Shown here one piece after another: positions 37,139-44,329 of a stretch of 44,329 nt of DNA. The stretch covers positions 1 to 44,329 of the forward strand of contig JAGDXR010000026.1 in NCBI GenBank assembly GCA_023261745.1, in the 5' to 3' direction. Position 1 is the first letter of the stretch. Every line of letters starts with the position of its first letter. This stretch comes from Thermoplasmata archaeon (GTDB taxonomy: Archaea > Thermoplasmatota > Thermoplasmata > Thermoplasmatales > ARK-15). Both the position numbers and the translations under genes were made by a program. The notes under the pieces are model-generated. The model was not told the DNA's origin, made no database searches, and worked only from the letters and a program-made list of their open reading frames with translations.

Positions 37139-38000
37139 ATATCATCACCCCTGTAATGATTACAATTGTATATGATATAATAACTGTAATTCTGAGGGCC
37201 CTTAATAAATCATTTTTTCCTGGCAATGGACCATAATCAACCCTGTAATAACCAATTTTTTCCAGTGTTCTCTGTAGTATGGCGGCCATCGGTGCCATGG
37301 TATACATCCCATTTATCTTTATTTTCCTGTATTTTGCAAGGGAATCCTTCACCCGGTGGAATGAAAATGGGAAAAATAACAGGGATGTAAGCCTTGCAGG
37401 AATGAAATTCATGACATCGTCTAACCTGGCTGCAAATTTCCCAAAATAAAAATACCTTTCATTTTTGTAACCTATCATGGAATCAAGGGTATTTATAATT
37501 CTGTAAAAAAATGCGCCTGGAATTCCAAAAATGAGGAAATAGAACATTGGGCCAGAAATTGAATCGGTAATCGATTCTGCTGAACTCTCAATGGCTGCAG
37601 AATAAAGGTGTCCTTTATCAAGATTTTCTGTTTTTCTTCCAACAATCTTAGACACATTCTGTCTTAGTGATCTTTCATCATCGGTATAACATGATTTTAC
37701 ATGCCTATAAAGTGAACCTATGGAAAATGTAGATTTGAAGATATAAACATCCATGATTATTTTCAAATATATATTAAATTGAATGCATTCCAAATATATC
37801 AAAGGAGTCAAAAAAATTGTTATTGTCAGGATGGAAAAAACGGTGCCGTAAAATATATCAATTCCCCCCTTCCTTATATATTTTTTATCAAAAAAGTTTA
37901 TGGTTCTACCTATCCAGACTACGGGATGAATCACTGAGGGATATTCCCCTATGAGATCCATTATTATGGATGCTATGAATACAATTACTATGAGATTCAT
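37101..38000 (-). CDS. cbiB: Adenosylcobinamide-phosphate synthase
   Basis: Membrane protein with the CbiB N-terminal signature HPVVWIGRTINFFDKK and the block NTLDSMIGYKNERY. Confidence 0.85.
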   Translation of the reverse strand: MNLIVIVFIASIIMDLIGEYPSVIHPVVWIGRTINFFDKKYIRKGGIDIFYGTVFSILTITIFLTPLIYLECIQFNIYLKIIMDVYIFKSTFSIGSLYRHVKSCYTDDERSLRQNVSKIVGRKTENLDKGHLYSAAIESSAESITDSISGPMFYFLIFGIPGAFFYRIINTLDSMIGYKNERYFYFGKFAARLDDVMNFIPARLTSLLFFPFSFHRVKDSLAKYRKIKINGMYTMAPMAAILQRTLEKIGYYRVDYGPLPGKNDLLRALRITVIISYTIVIITGVMIYVLNLPWWCKAL

Positions 38001-38695
38001 GGGTATACCTGCACTGCCCTCTTTTCTTTTGATTTAATTCTGAATGCTCTGACATTCATTTTTTCATTTATGTATTTTATGCATGAATCAACATCATTTT
38101 CATCAGGTCTTGGAAATCTTGGAGATACTTCAATCATCATATCAATCCTTAAAACTGGATTTTTTAAAAATTTGGAAATATATTCTGATATTTCTATTGC
38201 ATTCTGGCATCCAATTATGGGCTCTGAATATACCGTTTCAAATGAGAATTTTTCATTGACCAATTTTTCAAGATTTTCAAGAGATTTTTTATTGTCCCTG
38301 CCGGTTATATCTATATTTTTTTTGGAATCAAGAGTTTTTATTGAAAATGCTATTCTATCAGCCAGATATACAATCTTCTCATTCAGGTTTTCACCATTTG
38401 TAAGAATATTTATTTTAATCCCATTTTTCTTAAGTAATTCCATTAAATCAATCAGGGATGGGTCAATTGTGGGTTCACCGCCTCCAAGAAATACTTCATT
38501 TATTCCATTATCCTTTAATATTTTTAAAATTTCGTCCGTGGAGAGAAATCTTATACGCCTTGTTTCAATCTTTTCTGCGTGAATATCATATTTTGATTTT
38601 TTTAAAATACAGAATTCACAATCCCAGTTGCATCCATAAAAAAATAGGTAGGAGGAAAGATCTGGAAATTTTGTTATATGATAAACATGGGTCAT
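37997..38695 (-). CDS. Small radical SAM protein of unknown function (PflA/NrdG/QueE-like size class), embedded in the cobamide operon
   Basis: CX3CX2C cluster motif (YGCNWDCEFC) and the SAM-binding glycine block FLGGGEPT. It starts 1 nt after the binding-protein stop and shares an ATGA overlap with cbiB. Confidence 0.75.
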   Translation of the reverse strand: MTHVYHITKFPDLSSYLFFYGCNWDCEFCILKKSKYDIHAEKIETRRIRFLSTDEILKILKDNGINEVFLGGGEPTIDPSLIDLMELLKKNGIKINILTNGENLNEKIVYLADRIAFSIKTLDSKKNIDITGRDNKKSLENLEKLVNEKFSFETVYSEPIIGCQNAIEISEYISKFLKNPVLRIDMMIEVSPRFPRPDENDVDSCIKYINEKMNVRAFRIKSKEKRAVQVYP

Positions 38696-38696
38696 C

Positions 38697-39692
38697 TCAG
38701 CTCGAAAGATATATCTGATTCATATTTAAAGGCGTTACCTTTCCTGCCAGATTAGGATATAATGTTTGAAATACCATGTATATACCAATAAATATCTGAG
38801 GCCCTGGCTCTTCAATGTAATAGTCCGGAAGTATTATGAAATGCTTTAATTTTACAGCAGTAATGTTGGAAAACATGCTGTTGTTTTCAAACTGATTTAA
38901 AAGAAACGCCTGGGATTGTGATACAAGGATCCATTGTGGGTTTTCATTTACTATGCTCTCTGGATTTGCTATGTAATAACCAACTCCCACCGATCCTGTA
39001 TTTATTCCACCGGCCTGAATGATAAGATCGTTTATGAATGTATTTTCGCCGGCCGTCCATATTGGATTGTACCATCCAAGATAAAATACAGTACTTCTGT
39101 TTGTAACATTGGCAGTAATGCCATTCAGATCTGTTTCAAATGATTCTATTGCATTTATAATCTTTGATGCATTTGAAACATCATCTGTGGCATATCCAAG
39201 CATGAATATATCATGTATTATTCCATCGAGGTTTTCAGGATTCATGAATAAAACGGGAATGCCGGCATTCTCGATCTGTGTTATTGCATTTGGATCGTAT
39301 ATTCCTCCATATGCAAGTACAAGGTTCGGATTTAATGAGAGAACCTTTTCAACAGAAACGTTCGTTAACCCACCTACTTTTGTGATGTTTACAGCTCCCT
39401 GAGGAAACGTATCATAAACGGTATCCCCCACTACATCTTTACCCAGTCCTATGGAAAATGCAATTTCCGTGCATGATGGGGCAAGGGACACTATCCTGTT
39501 AACAGGTTCCTTTATTTTTACAATATTGTTTAGATCATCTATTACACTGACATAATTTATCTGAGCCGTCTGATTTTTTGACTGTGCTGTTGAACTCTGG
39601 TTTTTAATTGAATTTACAGTGTAATAATATCCTCCAAAGAACGACAGTACTAGAACCACAATTATTATTATCGCGGCAACAGAATTCTTCAT
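38697..39692 (-). CDS. Membrane-anchored periplasmic-binding-protein type 2 (BtuF/FecB-like) substrate-binding protein, probably for corrinoids
   Basis: N-terminal TM anchor, a Q/S/T-rich linker, and the family block RIVSLAPSCTEIAFSIGLGKDVVG. The corrinoid assignment rests on context only. Confidence 0.7.
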   Translation of the reverse strand: MKNSVAAIIIIVVLVLSFFGGYYYTVNSIKNQSSTAQSKNQTAQINYVSVIDDLNNIVKIKEPVNRIVSLAPSCTEIAFSIGLGKDVVGDTVYDTFPQGAVNITKVGGLTNVSVEKVLSLNPNLVLAYGGIYDPNAITQIENAGIPVLFMNPENLDGIIHDIFMLGYATDDVSNASKIINAIESFETDLNGITANVTNRSTVFYLGWYNPIWTAGENTFINDLIIQAGGINTGSVGVGYYIANPESIVNENPQWILVSQSQAFLLNQFENNSMFSNITAVKLKHFIILPDYYIEEPGPQIFIGIYMVFQTLYPNLAGKVTPLNMNQIYLSS

Positions 39693-39776
39693 TATATCAC
39701 CCTGAACTTAAATTTATTTTAATTATTTAAAATTTACTTGAATAAGATTAAATATGATTTTTTATAACTGTAATGT

Positions 39777-40358
39777 ATGAATGACACTTATTCATTGTAT
39801 AAGCTTGCTGAATCTACCGTCTGCATGATGAAATGGGATGACTGTGTATACTTTTATTCCGTTCTTCTCCAGAGAGATGATATTCCTGAAGATCTGTTGG
39901 CCGGTGCCTGGCATGGGTATGGGGATTGTCTTGAAAAGGTAAAAAGAAAAGAGGAAAGTATCATGGCTTATGAAAAAGCACTGGAATATCATATAAGGGA
40001 TTCAATAAAAATGGAGAAGGCAGGATCCTACCTATGGGGTTCCTGGGCTGCACTAAAACTTAACAAACCCGATCTGGCATACGAAATGATAAAAAAGTCT
40101 TTGGATATTGATCCGGATTATGCATATTCCTGGTTAACATTATCTGTAATTGCAACAAAACTCAAAAAGATTGATGAGGCAAAAATGGCCAGAGAAAAAT
40201 ACAAGAATATTGTTGAAATTAAACCATATAAAAACAGGGTTTGTGAAGGTCTTGAAATGCTTAATTCAATAATAAACAATCTTGAAGGTGAAATTAAGGA
40301 AAGGGCTGAAAAAATACTTAAAAATACATGGTGTAAAGAAAATGATATTGAAAAATGA
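39777..40358 (+). CDS. TPR-repeat protein
   Basis: Repeated 34-residue-like A/Y/W-x-x-L-G/A patterns (e.g. AWHGYGDCLEKVKRKEESIMAYEKALEY and YSWLTLSVIATKLKKIDEAKMAREKY). Located directly upstream of the permease and overlapping it. Confidence 0.6.
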   Translation: MNDTYSLYKLAESTVCMMKWDDCVYFYSVLLQRDDIPEDLLAGAWHGYGDCLEKVKRKEESIMAYEKALEYHIRDSIKMEKAGSYLWGSWAALKLNKPDLAYEMIKKSLDIDPDYAYSWLTLSVIATKLKKIDEAKMAREKYKNIVEIKPYKNRVCEGLEMLNSIINNLEGEIKERAEKILKNTWCKENDIEK

Positions 40359-41352
40359 AAAATCCAAAGGTTATTTTACTTTACTTATAATTATCGTTTC
40401 ATTTTTTGTTATAATTTTTTCACTTTCCATTGGTCCGGTAAATATTTCCTTTATTGATATTCTTAAATATATATTTTTGATAAAGGATGGGGGGATTTTT
40501 GGTACAATAATTTTTGATATTCGAATGCCAAGAATACTACTCGCATTCATTGTTGGGGGATCCCTCTCATCTGTTGGAGTTGTCATGCAATCAGTATTCA
40601 GAAACCCTCTTGCGGATCCTTATATAACCGGAACTGCATCCGGGGCAGCATTTGGAGCAACAATAGCAGTGATATTGAATATATATTTGATTTCTGTCCT
40701 CTATCTGCCCCTATTTGCGTTTCTGGGCGCAATGTTTGCAACAACACTCGCATTTACTATATCATATTTATCGGGAGGAAAAAGAAGTGAAAATCTTTTG
40801 CTTGCCGGTCTCGGGATTTCAATATTCTTTTCATCGATTGTATCCTACATGATGTACCTTGACGGCAAGGACCTTGATTACCTGTTTTACTGGCTAATGG
40901 GGAGTTTCAGCGGATCTCAGATGTACATGGTTTATATAACATTTTCAATATTTTTGCCTTCTTCAATTTTACTTTTTATATTTTCAAGGGATCTGGATTT
41001 ATTCATGCTCGGTGAAGAACACGCAAAATCGCTCGGCATGGATGTTGGTTCTAAAAGAATTTTATTCTATTTCATCTCTTCACTTTTGACAGGAGTAAGC
41101 GTTGCATTCGTAGGCATTATTGGATTTGTTGGATTGATAATCCCCCATATTATAAGGATGATGGGAGGGGCATCAAACAGATTCGTACTTTTAAATTCAA
41201 TTTTTCTAGGTGGTTCATTCATGGTAATTTCAGATACCATTGCCAGATCATTCAACATAATAGAAGAACTGCCCGTTGGAATCGTTACATCTATTGTAGG
41301 AATACCATTCTTCCTCTATCTGATTGCAGTTGAGAGGAGGTACTGGTCATGA
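40342..41352 (+). CDS. FecCD-family ABC permease (BtuC-like)
   Basis: About 9-10 TM helices with FecCD blocks RMPRILLAFIVGGSLSSVGVVMQSVFRNPLADPYITG and GIIGFVGLIIPHIIR. The track start 40282 is TTG; I prefer ATG 40342. Confidence 0.82.
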   Translation: MILKNEKSKGYFTLLIIIVSFFVIIFSLSIGPVNISFIDILKYIFLIKDGGIFGTIIFDIRMPRILLAFIVGGSLSSVGVVMQSVFRNPLADPYITGTASGAAFGATIAVILNIYLISVLYLPLFAFLGAMFATTLAFTISYLSGGKRSENLLLAGLGISIFFSSIVSYMMYLDGKDLDYLFYWLMGSFSGSQMYMVYITFSIFLPSSILLFIFSRDLDLFMLGEEHAKSLGMDVGSKRILFYFISSLLTGVSVAFVGIIGFVGLIIPHIIRMMGGASNRFVLLNSIFLGGSFMVISDTIARSFNIIEELPVGIVTSIVGIPFFLYLIAVERRYWS

Positions 41353-42134
41353 TCTCTCTAAAAAATGTGGATTTTTCATACGGTGGAGAATTCAGTCTTA
41401 AAAACATAAATATGGAGATAAATGATGGAAAAATTATTTCTGTCCTTGGTCCCAACGGGTCAGGAAAAACCACACTGTTAAAAATCATTTCTGGCATCAT
41501 TAACGATTACTCAGGTGATGTTTTTGTTGATAATTACAATATAAAAAATATTCATAGAAAAATTCTTTCAAGAATCATATCATATGTTCCGCAGGATCTT
41601 ACCCTCGGTTTCGATTTTTCTGTAAAAGAGATCGTGATGATGGGGAGATATCCACATATCCCCTTACTATCAGATCTTAATAAACATGATTTAGATATCG
41701 TGAAAAATGCAATGGAAATTACAGGAATAAAAAATCTTGAAAACAGGTCAATAAGAGAAATTTCAGGAGGGGAAAAGCAGAGGGTTTTGATCGCAAGGGC
41801 TATTGCCCAAGAATCCAGGGTTATAGTTCTTGATGAACCCACATCAAACCTTGATATAAAATATCAGCTGGAGATAATGAAATTGCTCAATAAAATGGTC
41901 AAAAATGGAGATAAAACGGTAATCATGAGCATGCATGATATAAACCTTTCAATAAGGTTCTGTGATGAGATATTTCTGATGAATGAAGGAAAAATGGTTT
42001 CGAGTGGTAAACCGGATGAAGTTATAAATGACAAAATCCTTTCTTCTGTATATGGAATAAATGCAAAGGTACTAAGGAACGGGGATGGAAGAATCGTTTA
42101 TGTTTTTCCCGATGAATTCAACGGGCATGGATAA
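41349..42134 (+). CDS. ABC transporter ATP-binding protein (BtuD/FepC-like)
   Basis: Walker A GPNGSGKTT, signature ISGGEKQR, Walker B VLDEPTSNLD, H-loop SMHD. ATGA-type overlap with the permease. Confidence 0.85.
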   Translation: MISLKNVDFSYGGEFSLKNINMEINDGKIISVLGPNGSGKTTLLKIISGIINDYSGDVFVDNYNIKNIHRKILSRIISYVPQDLTLGFDFSVKEIVMMGRYPHIPLLSDLNKHDLDIVKNAMEITGIKNLENRSIREISGGEKQRVLIARAIAQESRVIVLDEPTSNLDIKYQLEIMKLLNKMVKNGDKTVIMSMHDINLSIRFCDEIFLMNEGKMVSSGKPDEVINDKILSSVYGINAKVLRNGDGRIVYVFPDEFNGHG

Positions 42135-43388
42135 ATGCCTTCTGGCAATTTCAGGGACCTGGTAATATTCCGGTTTTATATCCCTCTCGATTCTAATTTT
42201 AATTTTTTCAGGATAGTATGTTCCGCATCTCCTGCACCTGAACCCCTTTCCCCTACCAGCAGATTCCATGGATTTTTTGCATACCGGACATTTCGGATTC
42301 TCATATTCATATTTTTCAGAAAGGCTTAGGATTCTTATCTTTTCAATATTGAGCGTATCATTATATTTCTTGACTGAACCATATATAACAATTTTATCAC
42401 CGGATTCAAGTTTTTCTATTATCTCTCTGAACTGTAATGTATGATCATATGCCGCAACATTAATTATTCCTGTAGAATCAGAAATTCTGAATAAAACATG
42501 TCCGCCCGGAATTCTTCTGGGTTTTTCAATAACCTCTCCCTTAATCATGTATGATCGGTATTCCCTAATATTAGATATTTTTCCCTTTATAATATGATCA
42601 TCTGTTCCCTGGTTGGTTTTAAATATGATATAAGAATCAAAATGATCAGATCTGACAATTTTCATGGCATTTTCCAGATCATGAAAATCTGTTCCCCGTA
42701 TACCATATAAAACTGGTGTCAGCGTTTCAGGCTTTATCATGATCTTCCTGTTCAGGTAATCATAATTTTCAAATGTGGTTTTTATCCTATTATCCATTTC
42801 AATAACTGATTTTTCATCCACAAACCTTTCCTGGCTCCATTTATCTTCTGACAAGTAGGTTAAAAGTTCAAGGGTAAATTTTTTCGGCCTCCATGATATT
42901 GCGGATGCCGCTCCTATTAATCCAAGTTTTCTCTTGTAACCTCTATAATGAGATTTTTTTAAGAAAATTTCTATATCATCAAAAGATAACACATCCCTGA
43001 CTGCCATCCAGTATAATTTTTCACTTATCTTTTTTTCCGTTACAACTATTCCCGGTGATGTTTTTTCAACATTAAACAATGCATATTTTTCTACTATTCC
43101 GGAAACATAGTCAAGTATGGATTCTGGATCGGGTTCTTCCCTTATGTGAGAATATGCAAAAATGTCTTTGCCTTTTACATTCCCTATCTTGATTTTTTCC
43201 CCTTTTCCTTTACCAATTCTAATTGAGATTGCAGCATTTCCCCTGGTTTTCCATGGAATATTAGGATTTAGCCTTACAAGCCTTGGAAGGCCTATAAGGT
43301 CATACCGTGTATTTTCTGCTATTTTTATTGCCAGGTATGTAGTGCACATACCTTTTGGGCCATCAGTATCATCTATACCAATCCACAT
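42072..43388 (-). CDS. tiaS: tRNA(Ile2) 2-agmatinylcytidine synthetase
   Basis: Characteristic N-terminus MWIGIDDTDGPKGMCTTYL, an OB-like middle, and the C-terminal zinc ribbon CPVCKK...CRRCG. Confidence 0.85.
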   Translation of the reverse strand: MWIGIDDTDGPKGMCTTYLAIKIAENTRYDLIGLPRLVRLNPNIPWKTRGNAAISIRIGKGKGEKIKIGNVKGKDIFAYSHIREEPDPESILDYVSGIVEKYALFNVEKTSPGIVVTEKKISEKLYWMAVRDVLSFDDIEIFLKKSHYRGYKRKLGLIGAASAISWRPKKFTLELLTYLSEDKWSQERFVDEKSVIEMDNRIKTTFENYDYLNRKIMIKPETLTPVLYGIRGTDFHDLENAMKIVRSDHFDSYIIFKTNQGTDDHIIKGKISNIREYRSYMIKGEVIEKPRRIPGGHVLFRISDSTGIINVAAYDHTLQFREIIEKLESGDKIVIYGSVKKYNDTLNIEKIRILSLSEKYEYENPKCPVCKKSMESAGRGKGFRCRRCGTYYPEKIKIRIERDIKPEYYQVPEIARRHLSMPVEFIGKNINDSSIPVP

Positions 43389-43443
43389 TGAACAAAATTA
43401 AGAATTGTAAAATTTATAATTTACCCTTTTTATTATAATATGG

Positions 43444-43692
43444 ATGATGTCTGAATTGTTAGCAGGTGTGCAATTTGCTCTTTCAGTGTTTTTTACAGCA
43501 ATATCCCTCAGATCATTTTTGATCAGGAGGGATATGAAATATGGATTCTTCCTTGTCTCAATGCTATCATTTTTAATCGAATCAATCATAGTTTTTATAA
43601 ACTCTTCTCTTGAATACCTGACACCTACATGGTTCTTTCTGTCATTCAATATTGTAATCATGGTATTCCTGTTCCTGGCGATGGTAAGGTGA
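43444..43692 (+). CDS. Small membrane protein (3 predicted TM helices), hypothetical
   Basis: Its stop TGA lies inside the SD-like GGTGA, 4 nt before the downstream TTG start of the wHTH gene, which suggests coupling. It is fully antisense to another 87-aa ORF, so the call is uncertain. Confidence 0.45.
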   Translation: MMSELLAGVQFALSVFFTAISLRSFLIRRDMKYGFFLVSMLSFLIESIIVFINSSLEYLTPTWFFLSFNIVIMVFLFLAMVR

Positions 43693-43696
43693 TCTT

Positions 43697-44215
43697 TTGG
43701 TTTTAAATCTGGAAAGTAGAAGGAAAATATACGAAACTATCGAAAAAAATCCTGGTATACATTTCAGGGAATTACTCAAGATTCTGAATATGAATACAGG
43801 GGAATTACAGTACCATCTGAACGTTTTGATTAAAAATAATCTTATTTCGGAAAAGGAAATAGACAATCTAAAGGTATACTTTCCAATAAAGATGCCAAAC
43901 CAGATGATGAAAACTGTATTACCATATTTAAGGAACTCCATTACAAAGAGAATTATAATAAACATTGCAATGAATCCAGGCATTACACTAATTGGATTAT
44001 ATTCAATGGTGAATACTTCAAAGAAAACTTTAACAAACAATCTAACAAAACTGAAGGAAAGAAAAATAATAAGAGAGATATGTGAAGAAAAAGAATGCAG
44101 ATATTATCTTTACGATGAAGAACTGATAATAAATACCCTGACAACATACAGGGAATCGCTTTTTGATGAACTTGTAGGCAAATTTATGGAATTCATGGAA
44201 CGAAATAGAAAATGA
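43697..44215 (+). CDS. Winged helix-turn-helix transcriptional regulator (ArsR-like), apparently two wHTH units
   Basis: RRKIYETIEKNPGIHFRELLKILNMNTGELQYHLNVLIKNNLI is a classic ArsR-type wHTH. A second similar unit is ITKRIIINIAMNPGITLIGLYSMVNTSKKTLTNNLTKLKERKII. TTG start with GGTGA 5 nt upstream. Confidence 0.7.
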   Translation: MVLNLESRRKIYETIEKNPGIHFRELLKILNMNTGELQYHLNVLIKNNLISEKEIDNLKVYFPIKMPNQMMKTVLPYLRNSITKRIIINIAMNPGITLIGLYSMVNTSKKTLTNNLTKLKERKIIREICEEKECRYYLYDEELIINTLTTYRESLFDELVGKFMEFMERNRK

Positions 44216-44284
44216 TCATTTTATATGCGCTTTAATGAACCTGTACCCTAAAAGATCTGTTGGTAACTCCGCATTTTAACCCAT

Positions 44285-44329
44285 ATGAGAAATATTCCTA
44301 AAAAGATCCTTAAAACACTTGATGAAATC
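44285..44329 (+). CDS. Possible 5' end of a gene running off the right edge (MRNIPKKILKTLDEI...)
   Basis: Only an ATG followed by 14 open codons to the window end. No other support. Confidence 0.2.
   Translation, partial: MRNIPKKILKTLDEI

Noticed and set aside
39693-39776. Possible cobalamin riboswitch in front of the btu-like operons or the cob operons
   Set aside because: The spacers (39693-39776, 33163-33225) are short and extremely AT-rich, with no B12-box-like or paired GC elements. Cobalamin riboswitches are not established in archaea.
43398-43661. 87-aa minus-strand ORF upstream of tiaS
   Set aside because: Not annotated as a feature, because the overlapping plus-strand ORF has better positional support (coupling to the wHTH gene). 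The decision is weak; see the corresponding finding.
1-44329. CRISPR arrays, rRNA genes, additional tRNAs
   Set aside because: Reading the intergenic spacers, I saw no regularly spaced direct repeats. The only GC-rich structured segments are the tRNA at 878-963 and the mini-IS at 26889-26976. Almost all other DNA is coding. A proper tRNAscan/Infernal run was not possible.

Overview
AT-rich archaeal chromosomal segment. Archaeal origin is supported by topoisomerase VI A/B, TiaS, MptA, CobY, Ogg2-type glycosylase and an NFACT/RqcH homologue. A Thermoplasmata-like source is only my inference from gene content and composition. Almost the whole window is coding.

Gene order, left to right:
- A truncated tnpB-only IS200/IS605-type element next to tRNA-Ser(CGA).
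- An M42 peptidase and an aminotransferase.
- A five-gene Opp/Dpp-type peptide ABC importer, whose binding protein carries PKD domains.
- An orphan molybdopterin oxidoreductase, a class II aldolase and purH.
- Two GT2 glycosyltransferases, NFACT/RqcH, top6A/top6B and mptA.
- A membrane-protein gene split by a 10-bp tandem duplication.
- A translationally coupled three-gene operon: helical protein, then SPFH protein with three zinc ribbons, then a double zinc-ribbon protein.
- A FAH-family hydrolase, then a ~219-bp internally deleted derivative of the same IS, then mdh.
- An orphan HgdC-type activase, a TatD-like hydrolase, moaA and ogg.
- A ~10-kb cobamide salvage, nucleotide-loop assembly and uptake island: cobY, cobS, archaeal cobT, cbiZ, cobQ, cobD, cbiB, an embedded uncharacterised radical SAM gene, and a BtuFCD-like transporter with a TPR protein.
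- tiaS, then a small membrane protein paired with a wHTH regulator.

I saw no rRNA and no CRISPR array.

The best candidates for something undescribed are:
- the SPFH/zinc-ribbon operon (23407-26017);
- the radical SAM gene inside the cobamide operon;
- the IS pair, i.e. a tnpB copy with Tyr at the RuvC-I Asp position plus a tnpB-less mini-element that keeps a GC-rich structured segment.

All family calls come from motif recognition by eye. No database search was run.
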